This document shows, piece by piece, positions 31,253 through 39,183 of a stretch of 53,115 nt of DNA. Every line of letters begins with the position of its first letter. Position 1 is the stretch's first letter. The notes under the pieces are model-generated. The model was given only the letters and a program-made list of their open reading frames with translations. It was not told where the DNA came from and made no database searches. Where the stretch lies: assembly GCA_903860935.1 (NCBI GenBank), contig CAIOSQ010000436.1, positions 1 to 53,115 on the forward strand. Direction: 5' to 3'. The DNA comes from an uncultured Rhodospirillales bacterium (GTDB taxonomy: Bacteria > Pseudomonadota > Alphaproteobacteria > CACIAM-22H2). Made by a program: the position numbers and the translations under genes.

Positions 31253-32685
31253 TCGCCGCGAAGCTCCGCCGCGGCCTCCACGGCCTGTTCGCGCTGAGCA
31301 TGGCGTACGCCGCCTTCGCGGTGTTCGCGCTCAACGTCGACACGGCGGACCGGCGGGACGAGACGCTGGCGCTGCTGGCCGGCGTCTCGGGCGCCGTGCC
31401 GATCCTCATCGCCGCATGGCTCATGCGGCACGCTCTGCGCGAGCAGGCCGCGCGCCTGGTCATCTGGCTGGCCGCGATCCCACCGCGCCGCGTGCTTGGC
31501 CTTGCCTGGCTGCTCGGCCTTGCCCTGCGCGTCGCCTGGGTCGCGATCGTCCCTCCCGCGCCGGCCTCCGACGGGGCCGCCTATCATACGCTGGCCCTGC
31601 GCCTCGCCGCCGGGGAGGCCTATGTCTCGGCGGGGCTGCACGCCTATTGGCCGCCGGGCATGCCCCTCGCACTGACGCCCTGGATCGTGGCGCTCGGGGA
31701 TCGCCCCGTCGTTCCGCTGCTCCATAACCTGGTCCTGTTCACGCTCACCCTCGTCGCGACACGCCACCTCGCGCGCCGTCTGGCCGGCGACGCGGCGGCT
31801 GCGATCGCCGTCGTCCTGCTGGCGACATGGCCGAGCCATGTGATGAGCTCCGGACTCGTGACCAAGGAGTTGCAGGTGCTCGCCCTGGTCACCATCACGC
31901 TCGCCCTCTATCCCACCCGTGCCGCGTTCGGCCGGGCCGCCCTTGCCGGCTTCGCCTTCGGTCTCGCGGCGCTCACCCAGCCGGCGCTGCTCCTCGCGCC
32001 GGTCGCCGTCGTCGTCTTCGAGGCGCTCCGGGCATCGGCATGGCGCTTGGCGACGATCCGGGTGGCTGTGTTCCTCGTCGCCTTCGCGGCGGCGATCGCC
32101 CCCTGGACGGCACGCAATGCGATGGTCTTCGGACGCTTCGTGCCCGTGACCAGCACCAGCGGCTTCGCGCTGTTCATCGGCAACAACGACCGCGCCTGGG
32201 GCGGATGGATCGACCTCGCCGCGATCGGCGATCCCGCGCTCGACCAGCGCCGCGACGAGTTGGGGGCCGGTCGGGTCGCGCTCGAGCGCGCCGTCAGCTG
32301 GATGGAAGCGAATCCCGCGCGGGTCGCGGCACTCGCGCTACGCAAGCAGCAACTCTTCCTCGGCGACGACAGCGACGGCGCCTTCAACGCGCTGAAACGC
32401 GGGCTTGGCATCGACGGCCCCGCCTATGTCGTCGCGAAATCCTTGGCCATCGCGTTCTGGCTCGGGCTCTGCGTCGCGCTGATCGTCTTCCTCGCCGCCG
32501 CGTGGCACGCACGGCGCGGCGCACTCCCCGCCTTCGCCGCGCTGCCGCTCCTTCTGTTTTTCTACCTTCTCTCGCTCCACAGCCTGGTCGAGAGCGGCAG
32601 TCGTCATCACATCGCCGTTTCCGGCGCGCTGGCCGCATTGCTCGGTGCTTGGGTCGAGATCGCCGCGCGGCGGCATCGGCACTGA
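31249..32685 (+). CDS. ArnT/PMT-like (GT-C fold, GT39/GT83-type) polytopic glycosyltransferase
   Basis: 478 aa and highly hydrophobic. The first periplasmic loop is SDGAAYHTLALRLAAGEAY, typical of PMT_2/ArnT-like proteins. Its ATG overlaps the gtrA-like stop (ATGA). Confidence 0.75.
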   Translation: MIAAKLRRGLHGLFALSMAYAAFAVFALNVDTADRRDETLALLAGVSGAVPILIAAWLMRHALREQAARLVIWLAAIPPRRVLGLAWLLGLALRVAWVAIVPPAPASDGAAYHTLALRLAAGEAYVSAGLHAYWPPGMPLALTPWIVALGDRPVVPLLHNLVLFTLTLVATRHLARRLAGDAAAAIAVVLLATWPSHVMSSGLVTKELQVLALVTITLALYPTRAAFGRAALAGFAFGLAALTQPALLLAPVAVVVFEALRASAWRLATIRVAVFLVAFAAAIAPWTARNAMVFGRFVPVTSTSGFALFIGNNDRAWGGWIDLAAIGDPALDQRRDELGAGRVALERAVSWMEANPARVAALALRKQQLFLGDDSDGAFNALKRGLGIDGPAYVVAKSLAIAFWLGLCVALIVFLAAAWHARRGALPAFAALPLLLFFYLLSLHSLVESGSRHHIAVSGALAALLGAWVEIAARRHRH

Positions 32686-32694
32686 GCCGAGGCA

Positions 32695-35600
32695 TCAGGC
32701 GATCCGCTCTTCCGGGATCAGATCGAGTTGCTGGAAAAGCTTCGACAGGGGGCGCGCCGGATCTCCGGCGGTCGCGATCCGTGTCGTGCCTGGCCATTGG
32801 GCGTCGATCCGCGCGATCCATCGCCGCGCGCGCGCGCGGATCGCGGGATCCGCATGATAACGCAGCAGCATATGGAGACCCGCCTGATGCTGCTTCACGA
32901 AGCTGTACCCCACCTCGCGCAGGTCGCGATCGAGTTCGGCCGGCGAAGCCGGCACGCGCAGCGCCCGCGCGACCGCCGGATCGCGCGTTGCCGCACCGAG
33001 CCACGCATGAAGCCCCCGCATGTCGTCCGCGCCCCAGATCGGCCAGGCACCGCTCGCCGAGTCCAGTTCGACCCCGCCGCCGGCCGCCGGCCGTGCCACG
33101 AGGTCGCGGCAGAGCACGATCGCGCCGCCTGGAGTTCCGAGCAGCCTGAACCACGCCTCCGGCGGCGCGTCCTCGAGGGCGTGGAGTTGCCATAGGCAGC
33201 GCTGGATCCCGGGCGCGAAATCGGCTGCGTCGAGATCCATGCCGTGCATGGCGCACATGTTCACATAGGCCGACTTGAAGGCGTCGAGCCGCGCCATCAC
33301 GCGAACATGCCCGGCGCTCGGTCCGGAAATCCGGCCCGCGGGCATCAGCGGCGGCACGGCGCGCCAGCTATCCGATCCCGGATCGAAGAGATTGCGGACA
33401 TGGAACGCGCCCCAGATGGTGCGCGCGCAGAGCAGGTTGAAGTGGTTGGCCTGATCCTGGGCGACGCGCCGCCAGTAGGACCGTCGGCGATGACCCTCGA
33501 AATGCAGAAAGGCCGCGCGCAGGACCTCGCGCATCGGCCAGGCATAGCTGCGCTCGCCATTCGCCACCTGGTAGCCGACGACGTGATCGCGGTCTCCGGG
33601 CGAACCACCGGTGCGTGGCCGCGTCAGCAGCACGTCGCTCTGCGTCTTGACGAGGCAGAACCACGCATATTGCTCCTGCTTGTCGAAGAAGCATTTCTCC
33701 GGCCGCACGAGATAGGCCGAATAGATCCCGCTCGACGGCAGATGGCTGTTCGCCGGCAGGAACGGCCGCTTGAGAAGATGGGCCTGACCCAGCGGATGGA
33801 ATTTCGTGTCGGGCTGCTGCGGCCTTCCGAACGGATTGCCAAGGCGCGGCGTCGTCCCGGCATGGGGCGCGAAATCCCAGCGCGCGTAGAGATTCGGCGT
33901 CGCCAGCGCATCGGCGCCACCGGCGCGCTCGTCGCGCAGCTGGAAGCCGCGCGCCCCGAAGACGTTGTCAGCCTGGGCCTCCAGGCTCGGCCAAGTCGCG
34001 AGCGTGTCGCCGCTCCAGAACCACCATTCCCAACTGGAGAAGACGCCCAGCTCGGCACGCGCGCCGCCCTCGCCGGTGAAGCACCACGCGCCGGCATAGA
34101 GCGGATCGTTGAGCGTCGCGCGCACCGGACGGCGAAGACCGCTCCAATCCTCGACGCGCCGGCCGCCGCGCCAGCGCAGCGCCGCGGTCTCGTTGCGCTC
34201 GAAATCGATATCCGCGCCGCGCAGCTTGCACGCCATCTCCGCCGTATGGTCCTCGTCCGGATGACGGGTCCAGGGAAAGACGAGGCGCGCGCGCATGAAA
34301 TCCGCGGCATCGCAACACGCCGCCGGCTTCTCCGCGGCCCAGCGCCAGGTCTCCCACGGTCCGTGATGGAGGTCGCGCCAGCGCTCGGCCGCGAAGCCGG
34401 CGGGCGGCGCGCCGTCGACGAGGATGCGCGCGTCGTGGACATGATCGCGCGCCGCCGCGAAACAGCGCGGATTCTCGACCGTGACCTGGCGGTCGACGAT
34501 GCGGCCGTCATGCGCGCGCGAGACCCTGAACCAAGCCTCCAGATGCGGATGGATCGCGCCGTCCTCGGCGACGAAGGCGGCGCGCCGTTCCTCCTGGCGC
34601 AGCAGGCGCCCGTCGAACCAGGGGGAATCCGGGCTCGGCCGCCCGGCGGCGAAGCGTGCCCGCCAGAGCCGGCGCGGTACCGGATCGTTGATCGGCTCAA
34701 GCAGCGTGTCCGTCGATCTGGCGCCGTCGCGACCGGCGAAGACGCTGAGCGACGACCCCGCAGCGCGACGCAGCCGCACGCGCAGCCGGTAGGGCTCGGG
34801 ATCGCCCGGCCGCCAGCGCGGCCAGATATAGAGCCCGTACCGCCCCTGCGCCTCGTTCCAGCGATCCGACGCGTGGGCCTGCGCGAGACTGCGCCGGGGC
34901 CCATGTCGGGCCGTCTCCGCGGCGAGGCCGAAGGCATGGCCGAGATCGTTGACGACCAGGGCATTCCCGTATTTCGGGCGGAAATGATCGTCGTTGGCTT
35001 CGCCGGCGCGCCCTTCGCGCCGCGGCAGGTGACGCGGATCGTAGCACCGGTAGCGGCCGGCGGGATCCTGGGTCACGCGCTTCGCGAGATGGTCGAACAG
35101 GGCGCGGCCGCTGTCATGCGCGGTCTTCCACGCATGCGTGGCGTTGAAGCGATGACGATAGCTCTGCTCGCCCAGGGCGTCCGCGAAAACGAGTTCGACC
35201 TCGTCGCCGGTGACCGGCTGGCCATCGAAGGCCAGCCAATGGATCCGCGGCTCCCAGATCGACAACTCCACGGCGAAATCCGCATCGTCGCGCCACAGCG
35301 CCGCCCAGTCCGGCGCGGGCGGCAGCAGACGCCCGACGATCTCCGTCGGCGCGAAGCCGATCTCCACCGCCGTGCCGGCGACATAGGCGGCGGGCAGGTG
35401 CACATGCGCGGTGCAATGGATCAGCGTCCCGTCGCCGCGGATCCGGAACTGCTCGGCCTGGATCGCGAGCGGCGCACCGCCCGGCCCGGCGGGATAGCGC
35501 GCGCAAAGCCGCCCGCGCCACGCCGCCGGGAACGCCCCATGCCGGAACGGGATCCCGAACGGCGACACCCAATGCGCGCCCGAGGCGGCGCTGCGCAGGA

Positions 35601-35706
35601 CCGTCGCGCGCTCGAACCGCTCAACCGAGGCCGTCGTGGTCCCGGCGACCGCCGCGCCCGCGACCGCGGCCGTCATCCCTGCGAATGCCCGTCGCCGCAT
35701 TATCAT
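32695..35706 (-). CDS. Large hypothetical protein with twin-arginine (Tat) signal; no family recognised
   Basis: 1003-aa ORF with balanced, Trp/Phe/Tyr/Asp-rich composition. The opposite-strand ORF 33244..35838 is Arg/Gly/Ala-rich shadow. The N-terminus is MIMRRRAFAGMTAAVAGAAVAGTTTA. Confidence 0.7.
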   Translation of the reverse strand: MIMRRRAFAGMTAAVAGAAVAGTTTASVERFERATVLRSAASGAHWVSPFGIPFRHGAFPAAWRGRLCARYPAGPGGAPLAIQAEQFRIRGDGTLIHCTAHVHLPAAYVAGTAVEIGFAPTEIVGRLLPPAPDWAALWRDDADFAVELSIWEPRIHWLAFDGQPVTGDEVELVFADALGEQSYRHRFNATHAWKTAHDSGRALFDHLAKRVTQDPAGRYRCYDPRHLPRREGRAGEANDDHFRPKYGNALVVNDLGHAFGLAAETARHGPRRSLAQAHASDRWNEAQGRYGLYIWPRWRPGDPEPYRLRVRLRRAAGSSLSVFAGRDGARSTDTLLEPINDPVPRRLWRARFAAGRPSPDSPWFDGRLLRQEERRAAFVAEDGAIHPHLEAWFRVSRAHDGRIVDRQVTVENPRCFAAARDHVHDARILVDGAPPAGFAAERWRDLHHGPWETWRWAAEKPAACCDAADFMRARLVFPWTRHPDEDHTAEMACKLRGADIDFERNETAALRWRGGRRVEDWSGLRRPVRATLNDPLYAGAWCFTGEGGARAELGVFSSWEWWFWSGDTLATWPSLEAQADNVFGARGFQLRDERAGGADALATPNLYARWDFAPHAGTTPRLGNPFGRPQQPDTKFHPLGQAHLLKRPFLPANSHLPSSGIYSAYLVRPEKCFFDKQEQYAWFCLVKTQSDVLLTRPRTGGSPGDRDHVVGYQVANGERSYAWPMREVLRAAFLHFEGHRRRSYWRRVAQDQANHFNLLCARTIWGAFHVRNLFDPGSDSWRAVPPLMPAGRISGPSAGHVRVMARLDAFKSAYVNMCAMHGMDLDAADFAPGIQRCLWQLHALEDAPPEAWFRLLGTPGGAIVLCRDLVARPAAGGGVELDSASGAWPIWGADDMRGLHAWLGAATRDPAVARALRVPASPAELDRDLREVGYSFVKQHQAGLHMLLRYHADPAIRARARRWIARIDAQWPGTTRIATAGDPARPLSKLFQQLDLIPEERIA

Positions 35707-35816
35707 GCGCGCAGATTATCGCGCCGAGATGCCTCGCGACGCGCACCCGTGGGACGTAAGCCGACCGGACCTCGGCGCGCATTTCGACGGGGCGGTCCGC
35801 CGTATTCTCCTGCCGC

Positions 35817-36737
35817 TCAATATCTTTCGGGAACGTAGAGTTCGGACGGGAGAACGCGGCGCTCGTAATCCGGGTTGAACACCCGCTGCGGCAAGGTCAC
35901 GGGATCGTGCGGCACCTCGGCATAGGGGATCATGGACAGAAGATGCGCGATGCAATTGAGCCGCGCGCGCTTCTTTTCGTTGCCCTCGACGATATGCCAA
36001 GGCGCCTCCGCGATGTTGGTGCGCTCGAACATCTCCTCCTTGGCCTTGGTGTATTGTTCCCAGCGCACCCGTGACTGCAGATCCATGGGCGAGAGCTTCC
36101 ATTGCTTGAGCGGATCATGGATCCGCATCAGGAAGCGCAATTGCTGCTCCTCGTCGGTGATGGAGAACCAGTACTTCACCAGCACCACCCCGGAGCGCAC
36201 GAGCATGCGTTCGAATTCGGGCACGTCGCGGAAGAAATCCTCGACCTGGGCCTCGCTGGCGAAACCCATCACGCGTTCGACACCGGCCCGGTTGTACCAA
36301 CTGCGGTCGAACAGCACGATCTCGCCCGCCGCCGGCAGATGCGGCACGTAGCGCTGGAAATACCACTGCGTCTTCTCGCGGTCCGACGGCGCCGGCAGCG
36401 CGACGACGCGGCAGGTGCGGGGATTGACGCGCTGGGCGATGCGCTTGATGACGCCACCCTTGCCCGCGCTGTCGCGGCCCTCGAACAGCACGACCAGCTT
36501 CAGCCCCTTGTAGGCGACCCAGTCCTGGAGCTTGATCAACTCGCTCTGCAGCCGCAGCAATTCCGCGAAGTAGACATGCCGGTCGATCGTGGTCACCTTG
36601 CGCCGCGCCAGAAGCTCGCGCAGCTCGGGCGGCAGGCGCCGATCGTCGACCTCCTGCTCGCGCTCCTCGTCGAGGTCATCCTCGATCTCCAGCTCGACCC
36701 AGGGCCGCTCGCCGGATTTCTCATTCCCGCCCGTCAT
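35817..36737 (-). CDS. ppk2: Polyphosphate kinase 2
   Basis: Internal ATG at 36737 (MTGGNEKSGERPW...). Contains FEGRDSAGKGG (Walker A), DRSWYNRAGVERVMGF and KQWKLSPMD. Confidence 0.9.
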   Translation of the reverse strand: MTGGNEKSGERPWVELEIEDDLDEEREQEVDDRRLPPELRELLARRKVTTIDRHVYFAELLRLQSELIKLQDWVAYKGLKLVVLFEGRDSAGKGGVIKRIAQRVNPRTCRVVALPAPSDREKTQWYFQRYVPHLPAAGEIVLFDRSWYNRAGVERVMGFASEAQVEDFFRDVPEFERMLVRSGVVLVKYWFSITDEEQQLRFLMRIHDPLKQWKLSPMDLQSRVRWEQYTKAKEEMFERTNIAEAPWHIVEGNEKKRARLNCIAHLLSMIPYAEVPHDPVTLPQRVFNPDYERRVLPSELYVPERY

Positions 36738-36906
36738 TCCGCGCCTCCTCGTCGTGGAGATGCGAATTCGTGCCGGGTCATCATGACGTCGCAATGACGA
36801 AACGATGACGCGACGTCGTCGCGACGTCGTCTGGTCACATGCCCGGCGGAGAACCGCTCCGTCCGGCACCCATGTCGCGACGCCACGCCCCTCGGATAGG
36901 TCGTCT

Positions 36907-36932
36907 GGATTGGATCTTGGGATTGGATCTTG
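36907..36932. repeat. Perfect 13-bp tandem direct repeat (ggattggatcttg x2) in the ATP-grasp/ppk2 intergenic region
   Basis: Read directly at 36907-36919 and 36920-36932. The nearby stretch 36785-36835 holds three GACGTC palindromes and the direct repeat cgcgacgtcgt x2. Confidence 0.85.
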
Positions 36933-36939
36933 TCGTCGC

Positions 36940-37890
36940 CTATTCGGCGGCGGCGGCGACGTCGCGCGTCGCGTGGAGAAGATCGGTCAGGTGGCGCGCG
37001 ATTGCACCCATGCCCGAGCGCCCCGCGATCGCCTCCGCCTCCGGGTTGTAGTTGGTGTTCGTGTTGACGTCGTAGGTCCAGGGCGTGCCGTCGCGATCGA
37101 CGATGAACTCGATCCCGGCGATCCCGATGTCGTTGGCCGCCAGGAAGGCTTCGTAGCGGGCGATCAGGGGGCTCGCGAAGCCCTCGGAGATGCGGAACTT
37201 CGCCCCCGGCGCGACGGCCGGGCACGCGGCGCCGGCCTCGATCTGGCATTGGTCGGCAGGACAGAGTTCGAAGCCCTGCGACGTGTCCACGCGCACCGCG
37301 TAGAGGAAGCGCCCGCCGACGAACTCGACCCGGGTGATGAAGGGCTCGGGCGCCTGGATGTAGCGCTGCACCAGCCAGATGCCGTCGACCGGTGCCTCGA
37401 CCTCTTCGGCGGCGAGATGCTCGGCGAGCCCCGCCGCGCTCAGCAGCAGCTTCACGCCAAGACCCTTGCCCGCGCGGTTATGCTTGAGGATGACCGGAAA
37501 GCCCAGAGTCTCCGCCGCCGTCGCGATGTGCTCGCGTCCGATCGCGGCGATCGTGTCCGGGCTGCTGACACCGAACGCCGCCAGGGCCTGGTATTGGGCG
37601 ATCTTGTTGATCTCGAGCGCCAGTGCCCGGGGACCATTGACCATGGTCCGCCCATGCCGCGCGAGCCATTCCAGGACGGCGGCGGTGTATTCGGGCGCGT
37701 AGCGATGGCCGCGCGTATGCGACGACGCGCTCATGCGGTTGTAGAACACGCCATCGGGCGGCGCCTGCGTCAGATCGAGGGCGCCGCGATCGAGGAACCA
37801 CTCCGCGACAGGCGTCCCCAACCGCGCGAATTGCGCGCGCAGCGGCGCGACCCAGGCGTCGTTCTCGTGGATGACATGGACCTTGCGCAT
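36940..37890 (-). CDS. ATP-grasp domain protein (RimK/glutathione-synthetase-like ligase fold)
   Basis: Start at ATG 37890 (MRKVHVIHENDAWV...). Contains FPVILKHNRAGKGLGV, WLVQRYI, and the C-terminal GIAGIEFIVDRDGTPWTYDVNTNTNY. Confidence 0.75.
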   Translation of the reverse strand: MRKVHVIHENDAWVAPLRAQFARLGTPVAEWFLDRGALDLTQAPPDGVFYNRMSASSHTRGHRYAPEYTAAVLEWLARHGRTMVNGPRALALEINKIAQYQALAAFGVSSPDTIAAIGREHIATAAETLGFPVILKHNRAGKGLGVKLLLSAAGLAEHLAAEEVEAPVDGIWLVQRYIQAPEPFITRVEFVGGRFLYAVRVDTSQGFELCPADQCQIEAGAACPAVAPGAKFRISEGFASPLIARYEAFLAANDIGIAGIEFIVDRDGTPWTYDVNTNTNYNPEAEAIAGRSGMGAIARHLTDLLHATRDVAAAAE

Positions 37891-38067
37891 GGCGGTGACG
37901 CTCCCTGGCTGAAGGAGCCGGACCATGGTCGCGCACGCCGCCGCGGCGCAAACGAGTTTGCCTTGCCCTGGCTTCAAGCGTCGCTAATGACGAAATCCCG
38001 ACGGGCGCCGACGGAAAGCACGCGCTAGACTCGCCGCGGCAAGACAACGGCCAAGACGGAGGATCCC

Positions 38068-38913
38068 ATGCGCCGAAACATCCTGCGCGAGAAGCTCGAC
38101 GCCGGCGAGCCGACGCTCGGCACGCATCTGCTCTCGACCTGGCCGACCCTGGTCGAACTGATCGGCCAGACCGGCCGCTACGACTATGTCGAGTTCACCG
38201 CCGAATACGCGCCCTTCGGTCTCCACGACCTCGACAATCTCGGCCGCGCGCTCGAACTCGCGGGACTTGGCGGGATGATGAAACACGAGCAGACGCAATG
38301 GACCCATCAGGCGATGCGGTCGATCGGCTCGGGCTTCCAGTCCGCGCTCTTCGCGGACGTGCGCAGCGTCGAGGACGCACGCGCCTGCGTGCGGGCGGTG
38401 CGCGCCGAGGAACCGCGTGCCGGCGGATTGCACGGCGTCGGCATGCGCCGCGACGTCGGCACGCTGCGCGACGCGGGCTCGCCGGCCTTCGTGAAGGCGC
38501 TCGACGACGTGGTCGTCGCGATCATGGTCGAGAAGCGCCAATGCGTCGAAGATCTCGACGCGATCCTCTCGGTCCCCGGCATCGACATGGTGCAGTTCGG
38601 GCCTGCGGATTACGCGATGAGCATCGGCCGTACCGGCGACTGGACCCATCCCGAGGTGCGCGCCGCCGAACGTCGCACGATCGAGACCGCGCTCAAGAAG
38701 GGGCTGCATCCGCGTGCCGAGATCTCCGAGCCCGATCAGGCCGCGCGCTTCCTCGAGATGGGCGTGCGCCATTTCTGCATCGGCTGGGACGTGACGATCC
38801 TGCACGCCGCATGGCGCGCCAACGGCGACGGAATGCGCGCCCTGCTGGAAAGCGCCGCCACCCCTGCGTCCGGCCGGCGGCGGCGCGCGGCGAAGAAGGG
38901 CAATTACGGCTGA
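38068..38913 (+). CDS. HpcH/HpaI-family aldolase / citrate-lyase-beta-like
   Basis: 281 aa. Contains YDYVEFTAEYAPF and VVAIMVEKRQCVEDLDAILSVPGIDMVQFGPADYAMSIG. Confidence 0.75.
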   Translation: MRRNILREKLDAGEPTLGTHLLSTWPTLVELIGQTGRYDYVEFTAEYAPFGLHDLDNLGRALELAGLGGMMKHEQTQWTHQAMRSIGSGFQSALFADVRSVEDARACVRAVRAEEPRAGGLHGVGMRRDVGTLRDAGSPAFVKALDDVVVAIMVEKRQCVEDLDAILSVPGIDMVQFGPADYAMSIGRTGDWTHPEVRAAERRTIETALKKGLHPRAEISEPDQAARFLEMGVRHFCIGWDVTILHAAWRANGDGMRALLESAATPASGRRRRAAKKGNYG

Positions 38914-39183
38914 TCGAAACCGGCAGGACGCTCTGGCCGATGCCACGGGCCTTGCCGGGCTGGCGTGCCCGAGTCGCCCGCGCGAGCGCCGTCGTCGTCC
39001 GCCGGGCCCCTTGGGCGGCGCGGCGGACGACGACGGACGACATGATCCCCTATGACGGGTCTGGGTCTTAGTTGGACGAAGAAGCGCGGATTGGCGCTTG
39101 TGCGGTGCAATCCCCTTTCCCGGGTCTGTCTGCGCGGCCGGAGCCACGGGACGCGACGAGGATAGCCTGAACCCGCCGCGCGT

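Noticed and set aside
33244-35838. Plus-strand 864-aa ORF opposite the 1003-aa Tat protein
   Set aside because: It is extremely Arg-rich (RRR runs) and has no start context or motifs. The minus-strand frame has normal protein composition and a Tat signal.
38914-39183. The 270-bp non-coding gap downstream of csm5, examined for a CRISPR array, leader or small cas gene
   Set aside because: I found no direct repeats of 25-40 nt. The small track ORF 38904..39110(-) is Arg/Pro-rich shadow. The gap is most likely just a convergent intergenic region.
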